Source: Paraspadella gotoi
Lineage: Eukaryota; Animalia; Chaetognatha
Assembly (NCBI GenBank): GCA_051294375.1
Contig: CM119264.1
Location: 23,972,002-24,036,001, forward strand
DNA length: 64,000 nt
Direction of reading: 5' to 3'
The translations under genes and the position numbers were made by a program. Below the pieces are notes generated by a model. It made no database searches and was not told where the DNA came from. It saw only the letters and a program-made list of their open reading frames with translations. Positions within the stretch are counted from its first letter, which is position 1, and each line of letters starts with the position of its first letter. Below, piece by piece: positions 48,384 through 61,800 of the stretch.

Positions 48384-49799
48384 ATGCTCCTCCGCCCTTC
48401 TACTCTTCGCGACACCGACCCACCCGGCTCAACTCTCTCGTCGACGATGCCCCGCGACGCTGCGGCGGCTGCGGAGGCCGAAGTGATTTTCAAGGTTCTC
48501 ATCGAAGACGTTTACTTTCCGCTCATGATTCTCTCTCTTCCGCTCAACTTGGCCATCCTATTCACCTTCGCCTTCAGGAGAACCAAGACGAGGTTCCTCA
48601 AACTGGTCGAGATTCAGGTAGAACCGTAGATGAAATGAGCCATGACTCATGAGATAAAAAAATGTGAATGACTGGGCCGAATGCCCCGAGGCCAACTTCA
48701 AAAATGAATTCCAGACAAAAGTAACGGAAAAAAAAGACAAGAATGATAAGAAAATGATAAGAAAAATTGATGGAATTGCGATTCCTTTACGATGGAACAT
48801 ACGAACATATGAAGATGTAGTAGTGGTACCAATCAAAAAAAGACCTTTTGAGTCTGTATTTTTAACGACGTAAATTATGGAAGGATTCGTAAATATGTTG
48901 TCGTCATTGGTGATTGTGAAAGGTGATATATAAACTAATACATAACTATTCTGTTCCCAGTTCTGCATTCTCGCTGTTCTCGACATGGCCGGGTGCTTCA
49001 TCGATTTGATGGAGGTCGTCGTTGGACTTGGCACCAACAAATTGCAGGTGGAGGTGCTAGGGGAAGGGGTAAGGGAACTTGTTAAGTCTTAGGAAAGAAT
49101 GACTTGGGCAACGGGGGAAATAAAGGAAAAAGAAGGCGGAAAAAGTGATGAAATAGTTAAGAGGAAAAAACAATTTAAAAGGGCGAGTAGAAAAAAGGGA
49201 GAGCATCCTCAGACTTAAAGGTGAGAACATGAAAAAAGGAAAAGTGAAAGAAATTGGCAGAAAAGAGAAGCAAAGCGGGAAATTAAAAGTGGAACGATTG
49301 AGAAGGAAAAAGAAAAAGAGAACGAAAATGTGAAGGGCAAACTATGTAAAAGGAGGAACGTGGAGGAAGGAAAGGAAAGAAAAGAAAAAGTCTCGATCTG
49401 AATAAAATGACTCTTGAGTCTGACTCGAAGTTTGAGCTTTTTTTTTTTTTTTTTTTGCATATCGTTCGCTTTCTCTCCTTTCGAGTTCATCACAAGTTTT
49501 TAGCCATAAATTTACAATTCCACTTTAAAACACAATAAATAATACTACGAACTTTTACTTTGGGAATTTTCTTTGAGAGATTGCCGAGACAACAACGACA
49601 ATTTTTTTTTTTCATTGTCTTTGTTTCGTTTCTGGTTCATTAGCGAAGGACATTAGTTCGCGTCGGCATCGATTTACAGCGGAGTCTGATCGTAACGACC
49701 GCAGAAATGTCATAGTAAAAAAAAAACGTTTCTCGCGAAAGAAAAGCCGTAAAGGGAAAGGAGAGAATGAAGACCACTTAGTCGGGCCTCGATAAAGAC

Positions 49800-49836
<37 letters not shown>

Positions 49837-52800
49837 TCTTTAAGATTAACCGTTGTCCGTAAACGTTAAAGGCCTGCAGGGAATAAGTGATTGCGAGAAA
49901 TCTAAAACAACATTTGATTCTTAAGGATCAAACACTTTTTCAAAGTGTTAAATGTAACTTCGTTTGCAGTCCAAAAATAGGTTGTCTCTGTTTTACGTTA
50001 TTCTACTTTTAAATTTAATTTTGACGATTTTTGAATTAAAAAATGAAAAAAAACTAATATTTTAATACGAAGACCTATCCTAAGTAATTTAAAGTAATTA
50101 GACGTCAGGTATGTAGCTTTCCTGACATCAATTAATAAAGTTTAAGTCGTTAAATAATTATCAAAAAAACCATTGCACATCAAACACGTGACGCCGTGAC
50201 CCTCTCACCAGGATCAACTCCATCTCATCTCGACGGGGATGTGTTTCAACCACTCCATTGGTTGGATCGCGGCGGAGTTCGGCACCGCCTCCACCTGCCC
50301 AGGTCCTTCGTCCATCGCCTTCGCCCTCAGCAGATTCTTCACCGCCTACATCGCCGTCGGCAGGTGTCAGGTGAGAGAGAAATACATTCGTCTTTTCAAT
50401 ATCCATGGCTCTGTGTGCAGATTCTTTACCGCCTCTATAGCCGTCATCTCCTACTTTGCCTCAAGCAGATGTAAGGTAAGTTCATCTGTCCATTGTCCAT
50501 GTCTTCGTCTGGCGTCACCGCCTGTCAGCCGTCCGATTAGTCTGTAGTTCGCGCATTGTTCGAGCATTGCATAAGTTCACCCCGCCTATAAGCATGACAC
50601 CTTCAGTAGTGACCCAGCTCAAGGCTATTAGGTACCGGGATCAATCCTCAATGTACATACCCTGCGGGAAGCGTGAGAACGGCCGTAAACCTCCTTTGGG
50701 GCCTGAAATACCCTCAAGCCTGGTGAAATTCAACTCGTATGTCTTTTTTGTTATTATTCTCTTCCTGGTTAAGCCGATTTTTTTTTTCGTGCCAAAGGTC
50801 AACGCTAAAGAACAACGACTGTCATGGCGCCGATTTTCTTGAAGGCGAGGAGAGAGAGAGAGAGAGAAAGAAAGACGTTTCCATTCTTTGTCAAGAGCCT
50901 GTCAAAATTATTTCCAAGTTATCAGGCAGATGAAGATTCTGAAAATAGTTTTATTGTAAAATATACCAAAAAAATTTAAAAAAATATTGCGTCCGTCTAG
51001 ACATCAACATTGAAGACGATTTTTTAAAAAAAATTTCTGTTTCTTCTTCGCTGAAGATTTTATCGGTTGCTGCCGATCGTCTCATCACTCGCAAAAAATC
51101 CTTTAATCAAATTTTTTTTAGGATTAAAAAAATCTATGATGCCATCATGATCATGGATCTGATTTGAAGGGAGGTAAAAGAGAGGAGAGAGGAGAAATAG
51201 AGAGTAGAGAGAGAAAGATAAGAAAAAAAAAAGCGGAAAGTCGAAAGGTGCCAGCGAGAGACAAGAAACGACAGAAGAATCGAAGAATACAATTGGAAAG
51301 CGAAAATGAGAAGAAAAAAAGAGAAAGGAAATGGAAAAGAAAAAGAAATAGGAAAAAGGAAAAAGGAAAAGGAAAAAGTTAGATTCTGCAGAAGATGAAA
51401 GAATAAAAATAATAATAATAATAGAAGAAATAACAAAATTTGTTAGCGACAACGATGATTTGTTTTTATTTGGACTAGTTTCGACTTTTTAATTGCAAGT
51501 CTTCATCATCTTTTGTTATTTCTTCTAATCTCAAACAACGAAATGAAAGAATTCGATACAATAATAATAATAATAATAATAAAAATAATAATAAAAATAA
51601 TAATAATTAAACTTCTGATTTATTTCTTTTTCCTTTTCGTCATTCACCCTCACTCCCCTCTCACTTATCAAGACTCCTTTTTAACCCCCACAAATACATG
51701 TAAATTAAGGCGTAGTGAAACTAGTGAAAGTTACATACGAAAATTCTAAAAGTCAGTTATGAACAACATACCATCAGTGAACATTAATTTGTAAAAAAAA
51801 ATTATTTTTTGTTTTTTAATTTTCACAGTAGGCTATAAAATATATAAAATCAAAAAATTTCAAAATAGGCTTTTCTTAATTTTGATTGCAGATTTGAATC
51901 CATCGTCAAAAGTTGATAAAAGAAAATATAAATTATTTTTAAAAATTCCTTCATTAAGTGGGTTAAAATTTAAAAAACTATATTTAATATATAAAAAATT
52001 AATTTTCAGCTTAAAATATAGCTTTTTCTAATTTTTGACCCACTTAATGAAGGAATTTTTCAAAAAGAGTTATATTTCTTTTTATCAACTTTTTATGACG
52101 AATCCAAATCTGCAAAAAAATCTTAGAAAAAACTGTTTTGAAATTTTAACATTTATTGGTTTAGTACTAGTATAAATATGGCCTACTGCGTAAATTATAA
52201 AATTTATTAAAAATTTTGTTATTACATAAATGTTCATTAGTATAATATTGTTCGTTCCTTACTTTTAGAATTTTAATTAAAATTAAATTTAAAAATTTTA
52301 CTACGCCTTAATGTACATTGTACTCTATTCCCCCTTCACACCTCGTGGGCAAAAACAACTCATTTATGTCGCGCGATAAAGCGGTTAAGACGAGCTGGTC
52401 CTTAACAATATTTCTCACAATATTTCTTATCCTTCTTCCGTTTCCCCCCTCTCCCTCTCTCTCTCTCTCTCTCCCTATCTTCCTCTGCACTTCAAAGTCC
52501 TACTTCAGCGTCTCCTACGCCCGCGATCAACTTCAAAAGACGGAGCGTCAAAATCTCGTCGACTCCTTCGTTCGCGGAATCCTTCCGGCACTCGTTCCTC
52601 TCATCGTCGTCTTCGCTCTCGGCCTCTCGCCGCTGGCGCCGACCCTCGTCCACGTTATCGTCGTCTTCATGGCTGGCGTCTGGGGCTGCACCACCGTCGT
52701 CGCCATCGCCAGCTCCGTCGTGCTCCTTACCAAGATCTCCATGAAGAAGTTCGAGCGGAGGAAAGGGCAGGGTGGCGGAGCTGATGGTGAGACCTAATTA

Positions 52801-55800
52801 ACTTAAACTTTATATTTATGAAATGAAAAATAAAAAGAATATAAAGTGTAAAACCCTATGGTAACAACGAAGGAAGTAGGCGTGGTATATTAAGTGAGAA
52901 ATATGAGGAGTTTTATTGACATAAGAACAACTTGGGATGATTGATAATTAACACACAAATATGTAGATTATGCAAGAAAAAGGCAGCAATAAACATATAG
53001 TAACAAATAGTCCATAAGGAGTTTGATGTTTGTTTCTTGAAGGTAAGTTGAAGAGTGATCCAGTTCCCTCTCTCGTTCTCTGCCGTCGGTTTCCTGAGGG
53101 AAGCCTCCTCTCTGATTGGTCAATCAGAAGAAAAGACGGAGAAGCCAGAGAGACAAGCACTTGATAATCCATCTCTGCGTCTGTCACCCCCCTCCATTGC
53201 GAGACCTTCTCGTGTCATCTGAGAATTGGTCGAGCGTGTTCTTTTATCCCAAGTCTCTATTCATCCATCTTCTATGTCTGTATATTGGCCCCTTGTCAAG
53301 CTCATAGGTTCACCTCAGGTGTGGATAAAGAGGCTGTGGAGAAGTTGACGTCCACCATGGGAGGTATTGTTTTGTCATCCAGTAGTGATTGTGATAAAGG
53401 GATTTAATCTGCCCATTTGTTTGGAGAAATGTAGTGCTTCTAGGTTTTGCCAATGGGTTTAGCTTGTTGTTTCTGGTTGTTAGGATTTGGTGGAATGATG
53501 GTGGTTTTATTTTAAGATCCATCAGTTTTGGGATGATTCTGACAGGATCTGCTTGGTTTTTTTGTTTCTTTTCTTTCTCAACCTTTTTCTGCTCATGCTT
53601 CTTGTAATTTTTTGAATTGTTGTACTAATATTTCTAAGGCTTGTCACTTCAGTAGTGAGTTTTCTCAGCTGGTCTTCTATGGAGTGAATTTTATCCTCTA
53701 GTTTTGAACTGGGAAGAGACATTTGGTTGTTGCTGTGGGACGATTCTATTTTGTTGTTTTGAATGACAACTGTTGCTTCATTGATTTGACTGTTTGACTT
53801 GTTGCGTCGAATGTTCTCCCATTTTTTTGCATGTGCAAGGTCAGCTTGATCAGCTTGATCAGTTTGGTATAAATTAGAAATTTCAATCCAGGGTATCTGA
53901 AAGAGTTTTAATCAAATTGGAGAAGTCGGGTAGAACCTGTAGACTTTTGCTTGGGGGTTCCTCAGTTTGTGTTGCCATTGTATTGTTATTTGATTATTTG
54001 ATTATTTGATTTCAAAATTCTTTAAAGATTATGAATATTATAAATATAATTTTTTTATCAAATCTATTGCTAAATGGCTGCACTTCATCTGTTGACGAGC
54101 GACTTCAACATCTTCAAATTACAAGGAGACCACCTCGAATCTTTAGTCTCGACTAAAAAGTTGCAATATGATTTTAAAAGACGCTGTGTGGCAAATTTAG
54201 TGCTGTATCAAAAAATTAAATGTCAAAACTTAAGCTATTTCAGTATTACCGAAAAATTGGAAGGAATAAAATTTAAAAATTTTCACCGTTATTAACAAAA
54301 ATGAAAATCTCCCCGCGTTTTAGAATGGCAAATTTTTATTACCGGTGGATTCTAAATCTTAACAATTTTCCTATTTCATTTTCATTTGAATCAAGAATCT
54401 AAATGTAAGACGTTCTCTTCTAAGGTCTAAATAGTTAGTGTATCCCACTGGTACTGTCTGTTAACTTTTACATATCGTGCGATCGGAATAATGTTATTAA
54501 ATTTCATTTCTGAGATAACCATGTCAAAGATAACCGTTTTATAATGTAGCAGAATAATTTGTGGTTCATTTACCACAAATTATCTGCTACAATTATACTA
54601 TATTTCGAATTCAATTGTTAGAAATTATTCTGAAAACAAAACATTCAATATAATAAAGTCCTCAATTTCTAACTTTTTTATTTTTGGATATTTTTTTATT
54701 TTAAAATAAATCTTATTACAAATATTAATATAAATATTTTAAAATAGATAAAAAAATTTAAATTTTAATTTGTATAAAATAAATGCATTAATAAAAAGAA
54801 ATAAATAAATATTAAAAAAAATAAATTTGAAGTTTAAATTTTATTATTGAACGATTTAATCATTAAGCCAGAACAAAATGGTTGCGATATATTCAATAAA
54901 TTATTATTAAATCAATTAAAAAAGTAATATGAACAATAGAGCAGCGTAAAATTTACGTACGAAAATTAATTATGAACAACATACCATCAGTGAACATTAA
55001 TTTGTAAGAAAAATTAATTTTATTTTTTTTAATTTTTGCATTAAGCTATGTTTATATATAATAGTTTAATACTATCCTTATAAAATAAAAAAAATAAAAT
55101 AAGCTTTTCTTAATTTTGATTGCAGATTTGAATTTCTCATCAAATGTTGATAAAAGAAAATATAAATCATTTTTAAAAATTCTTTCATTAAGTGGATTAA
55201 AAATTAGAAAAACTAGATTTAATATATAAAAAAATAATTTTCAGCTTAAAATATAATTTTTTCTGATTTTTGACCCACTAAATGAAGGAATTTTTCAAAA
55301 AGAGTTATATTTCTTTTTATAAACTTTTTATGAGGTAATGATTTTGATCAAAGAATTCAGCAAAAAACACTTTTTCCAATATTGCTTGATTATTACGTAC
55401 AAAATTGATTGAATTTGAACCGAAATATAAACTGGGCTGGACCACTGATTGATTGAAACCATTTCCTGCATTTTCTAATCAAGAATCAATATCATTTTTG
55501 CAACTTTTAATAAAAAAAAAAATTAGGTCCATTTTTGTGCATTTTGACTTTTGTCTTGAGATTTGAATGCCAAGATGGGTTGAGAAAATTTTTTTATTTC
55601 GGCTTCCTTACCACTGAGTCAGTTCATATTCAATTGAAAATCTATTGTTTGCCTTTGAAGTAACTTTTAAATTCATTAATCAAAAACTCACATTTTTAAT
55701 TTTTATTATAATTTGTTAAACAAAAATAGTGTGATTTACTGACAATTCTAGGCAAATATTCCTTATCAAATGATCTTCCAACACCTAAAAAATTAGGACA

Positions 55801-58800
55801 AAAAATTTAAGTTTGACTGCAAGAAAATTTTGAAGTTAACTTTCAATTTGTGAGGTTTTCTGAGGTACGTTTTTTTTTAAATAAAACTTGTTTTTTAACT
55901 AATTTTATAGTTTCATCAGATGAGAAACATACTAATGTTCAATATTTAAAAAATACCGCATTCTGTTTAGGGTTCCGATAACCGTTAATTTTTGAGAAAT
56001 TTCGGCTTAACCGTTAAAACTAATATTTTTAACGGTTAACCGTTAAAATCGGTTAATTTATTATAATTTAACTTTAAAATATTATTATTTAAATCAAACT
56101 AAAGTATTTATGGTATTTATCTTTAACTCTTGCACCTGAATCTGTTTTATCTTTTATTTCAGATAGATAGGTACACATTTTAGTTAGTAAATTAAAAATT
56201 AGTTTGAATCTACCTATGATAATTTAGCTAATCAGATAATGCATCGTGATAAAATCTTACTTACAAAACTTTTTCTTTGCCTCATAGCATAATAAAATAT
56301 ATAAAAGGACAAAGAAGAAAAACCACAATGTAATTCTAATTCTATGCTCTTGTTTTTTCTTTGTCTCTCTCTTTTTCTTACATTATATGTCTTCATTATT
56401 TTTCTAGTTGTTAGTTTCTTGAACGCTTGTTTTCTGTTTTTATTTTTTCATAAGCCATAACCTAAATATAAATTATGAATATTAATTTTTTTGATTGAAT
56501 GTTTGATTGATCGATTGATCCAAAGATTTATTGATTATTAAATATTTTTTCAGTTTTATTAAAAAATATATCATGATTGAAGGATAGTTTTAGTTAGCCA
56601 TTTTAAGATTAGTTCCTTTTATTATTAATTCTTTTTATTACATTTATTTTTTTTTGGTTTTTTTAATAATTTTTTCATTCATTTTAGTTTTATTTCATTT
56701 GCTTCTTTGTTTGTTTTAAAGAGTGAAACAAAAAATAGCAAAATAGGATATATTGTTTTTTATATAGAATTTAATTTGCAAGAAAATGTATACAACTATT
56801 TGCATGTGCGCTATATATTATATTTCAATATATTTCTTTGATATAAATGCATAAATTAATTGTAAGGGAAAAACTTTAAAAAATTGGGAGAAAAAAGTAA
56901 GAAAAAAAAAAAACACTGGAAGGGAAGAAAAAAAAATGGAAAAGAGAGAGAGGTGAAAAAATATGGTGAGAAAAGAAAGGAGAATAAAGAGAGGACAAGA
57001 AAAAAATATTTTTCTTTAATTTATTACCAAAAAAATAAAAAAATCATATTTAAAAATTAACCGAATTTAACCGTTAAAAAATATATTAACGGTTAGATTA
57101 AAATTATTTTTAACCGTTAATAACCGTTAGATGTTAACGGTTATCGTAACCCTAATTCTGTTATTGTCATGGGAAGTTTTTGTGAAAAAAAATTTCGAGT
57201 CGGAGAAAGGGAGAGAAAGACAAAGAGAGAAAAAGAGAGGGACTGAATGGTAAGTACTATGTATAAATATGGGCGTATGCGAAAATTGAGAAATTTATTA
57301 TTTTTTTTTTTATATCATTGTTCTTTAGTCCAAGACTGTTCGTAGGAGTCTACGTCGTTCTGGCAGTGATATCTATTTGGGTATTTTCAACAATGAATTT
57401 GGAACTTTACTAACTATTATTTCTTTTTTTCCCACTGATAAATATGAAACACCCTTTATTTAAAAAAACGGTTGGTTATAGTTATCTTCTCTTTATAACA
57501 TAGAAGTCACTGGGTGAATTTCTATGCTTTCAAAATACGGTAAGACATGATTTCTTTTACGACGATCATTCCAAATACGGTATCCACCTTAATTAAGAAG
57601 AAATTAAAAACGATTTTTCATTGGTAAGACCAACTTTTAGAGATTAAATTGCACGTAAGATCTGTCACGTATTTTAGATATAGTACTGCTTAGGCAAAAA
57701 AACGGCATGCTATAGTTAAAACTTTTTTCCTTTTTTTTTCACTCCTTTTCTTATTTACTTTTCTCTTTTGAACTTTCTCTCTGTCCCTCTCTCTTTCTCT
57801 CTGTCTTTCTCCCTTTCTCTTACTTTTCTCTCCTCATAATTATCTGTGTCATCCATTCTTTTCTTCCTTTACCTTTATTTCCCTTACGCTCTATCTCTGC
57901 TTTTCTCTCCCTATCTGATTCTCTTTCTTCCTTCTTTCTTGTTTTTTTTTCTCTTAATCATTCTCGTTCCCCTCTTCTCCTCATATAATATTTTTTTTCC
58001 ACTTGTTCTCCCTCTCCCTACCCGTTTTTTTTCACCCATACTTTGCTTCTCTTATCTTTTTCTCCTTCTCACTAATTTTTAAAATCTTTCAAATGTATTG
58101 TAAAAAAAAAATAGGGTAGTGCAAGATTTTAGCGGAAGTTTGGTTGCCTAGCAGATTTAAAAAATCGAGAATTTTTGCGGAAATTTTTTCCGCAAAAACG
58201 TGTCGATTGGGAGAAAAAAAGTCCTGAAGCTCCCTATGACATTAAAAGAATGCGGTTTTTTTTTAAAACTTGAACATTAGTGTGTTTCTCATCTGATGAA
58301 ACTATAAAATTAGTTAAAAAACGAGTTTTAGTTTAAAAAAATACACCTCACAAAACCTCAAAATTAAAAGTCGGCTTAAAATTTTTTTTACAGCCAAAGT
58401 ATTGAATATTTTGCCATAATTTTTTAGGTGTTGGAAGTTCAGTTGAATAGGAATATTTTCCTAGAATTGTAAGTAAATCAAACTATTTTTGTTTAACAAA
58501 TTGTAATAAAAACTAAAAATGTGAGTTTTTGACTAGTAAATTTTTAAAATTAATTCAAAGGCAAACAATATATTTTCAATTGAATATGAACTGACTCAGA
58601 GGTAAGGAAGATAAAAAGGACCCGAAAACCGAAATAAAAATTTTTTCTCAAACCATCTTGTCATTCAAATATCAAGACAAAAGTCAAAATGGACAAAAAT
58701 GGACATAATTTTTTTTATTAAAAGTAGCAAAAATGATATTGATTCTTGATTAGAAAATGCTGCAGATCATTTCAATTAATCCGTAGTCTAGCCCACTTTG

Positions 58801-61800
58801 TCTTCGGGTTCAAATTTAATTAATTTTGTAGGTAATATTCTAGCAATATTGCAAAAAGTGGTTTTTTTTGCTGAATTCCTCGATAGAAATCACTGCCTTC
58901 TTAGAGAGAGGGAAGACTTTTTCAATGGAGATTTTCGTTCAAATCTGACTACCAAACATATAAACGCTCCTGGTAAAAATTCTGGTAAAATATCGATGTA
59001 AAAACACTTGATTCCGATCCTGTTGCATCTGAAGGGCTCGCATTTTTTTCTTCTTGTCAAATCATCATCATTGATATCAAACAAGCCAGAACAAATAGAC
59101 TGCTTCTCGATGGAAAAATTTTCCATCTCTGATTTTATATAGAAATGAAAGGGATTTTTTTCCTTGAAAACGATATAAACGTGACTGAGGTATGTTCCTG
59201 TTTAACAAATGAGGTCTAATTTTGGAATCCTTTGGCAAAGTATCTGAAGGGCTCTCAAAATTTTCTTTACATTTTATTTGGTTATTTTGATATGATACGA
59301 TCATGGTAAAGTGAATTAGTCCATTTTGGTGAAATTTTTATTTAAAGTAAAAGTAAAAGAGGAGCTAACGATCGGAATTCTAAGAGTTTTCAACCGGGAG
59401 TCAGATTCGGGAAAAATCTTCTATGGCGAAAATCTTCCAAAGAAGGGGTGGATTTTCCAAAGATTTTGGTTAATATTTTCTATATTTATGGTTGGTTTTT
59501 TGAAAACTTAATATTAACAATATTGCCATCATTCTACCTTGGCCGGTATAATAATATATTCATAAAACCTCGGGCTTTGTTCGTCAGAGCTTAGTCCTAC
59601 TGTTCGTGATTAACTATTCGAATTTTGATCTGCAACTTTCACTACGCCTTACTGGTTATAAGCATTAAGCATGAAGCTATTCACAAAAAGTCTCATTTTT
59701 TTCGTCTTTTTTTGTTTTTATCTGTCCAAATCATTTTTTAAAAGCTCTAATAATAATCATTTCTCTTACTCTTGTAACAGTTTTGCATTAAATTAGCTAA
59801 AAGATAATTTGGCATAATATTTAGCATACTAAAAAAAATCTAGCCATTTTAGCATAATTTAGGGCGCTATCTGGCTCACGTTTTTTCTGCGGAGTTTTAA
59901 CCAGAGTTTAGGTATCCTATAAAAGGGTTCATACTTTAATTTTTTCCATGTGGTATAGGAGCAGTAAGCTTTTCTCAACAGACAGTACCATTGGGACACG
60001 CTGTAGAAATCGGTTTTTCGGCGTTGACTTTACTGTCGGGCGGTCCAAGCGATGGCGACGATGCTGACAACGCCGACGGTGATCAAATGACGAAAGTCGA
60101 CGCGAGCGACAGAGCCCGCGCATTTCCCGCCCTCGGATTTGCAAAGGTCGCAGTCATTAGTGCAAACTTTGAGCGTTTGGCCTATAAAATATAATATAAT
60201 AAAATATAATAAAATCAATTTTTGTTTTCGCTAAACTTACCGTTGACGGTGATCATGCAACAGCCTTTAGTGACTTTGATTCCATTGATTTTCGCATTGC
60301 TATTTTTGCAAAAATAGTTGGACAGGCAGTTAGCAGGGCCTTCGGCTACGCAAGCTCCGATCAGAAAAACAGCAAGAAATATGCACTGCGACTTCATTTT
60401 GTTTCTTTGAGTTTGATTTAGAAAGAAAAAAAAAAACAAAAAAAACTTAAAAACTTTTTAGGTTTTAGTTTTACCTTACGTGTATAATAGAAATCTACGG
60501 GATGTAAGTAGATCAGTTTGTTTTGCTTATCAATAATTTTAATATTCTTTCAATATCATGCAAGGACAGTTAATATAATAATGTGAAATTGTAACTTCAT
60601 TACGGAGTTGCAGAGAAGATAAATAAAAATTACTTTATTTTTTTTTTTGCCAAAAAACAAAAACTTTTATACGACCTAAAAATACACAAAGCTTAGGAGA
60701 TCAGAAGACCCAGTAGGGGAGAGGGATTATATGAAGACTGATACGTGAAAATTGAAGCCTGGAATCCAGTGTTTCATGATTTGTTAATCTGTGCGGGGGG
60801 GGGGATGGGGAACCCGTCTTTGGGTTTTTTTTACCTATCATACTCATTTTTCACCAATATTTTACCTTCAGATAAGACGAAAATTTTCGTAAAACAACAA
60901 TTTAATTTTATTTTAGATAAAACTGGACGCTCCCAAAAATTTTACTCAACCGTACATTTTCTCTGATATTAACATTTGACTCTTTTCTCTTTTCATACAA
61001 TTGAAACATTCTTTGAAACATTATGCCACTTCATTGACAGGGAAGCCAGGTATTCTGGGAGTGAATAAACGAGACTGTGAGTCTTGATTGAAAGCTTGCA
61101 GGGACCTGCTATGTCATTATCTTGTAAGAGTGTTGGAGGCCTTAAACCACAAGAGCCTGTCCAAAGTTAGGGGCAAGATTGCTTATTTATTAAATGAATG
61201 GATAATTTTTATATTGGTTGTACCAATTTCATTATATCGTAAAAGGTTTTATCTCAGTAAGAAATCTTATTAAAAATTGATAAAAACAAACAGATTGTTG
61301 CCCATTATGAATACTGAATGGCTTATCGTATCAACTACTCTTATTCAATTCTCATTATTTTTTTTTCATTTCTTCTGCCGAGCACCCTGTAAAAGTAAGT
61401 GCCTCTCACATCCCCCCCGCCCGCCATCTTCTAAACCAAAAGGCATCGAGCGTCGATTCAGTCTCCGCCTAATGTCGGCCTCAGCCGAGATGCGGCGCCT
61501 CGTCTCTGCCATCGTCTTCCTCCTCTTCGTCTGCTCCATCCCTGGCTTCCTCTGCCTCTTCCCCATCTTCGATCGACACAGGTGGTTGAGGGGGGGAGGA
61601 GTTGAAGGGGTTGAAGGAGAGAAAGGAGAAACGATGGATGCAAATAAATAAAAATTAATAAACACGCAGCCGTGAAAATTGGGAGCAGACAAACATCTGA
61701 TTAATTTAAGAAGTCTTGAGCGCAGAAGAGAGTATGGCGGAGAAAAAGAAGGCAAAACCAAACTGCGAGGAACTGAAATTTATTCGTTCTTGATTCCGGT

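Noticed and set aside
58285-58305. ctgatga followed by gaaa-like sequence (mirror at ~55910)
   Set aside because: No stem II between the core motifs; part of the long TIRs, not a hammerhead.
58890-59304. Possible transposase fragment ORFs
   Set aside because: Short and broken, with no recognisable catalytic motif.
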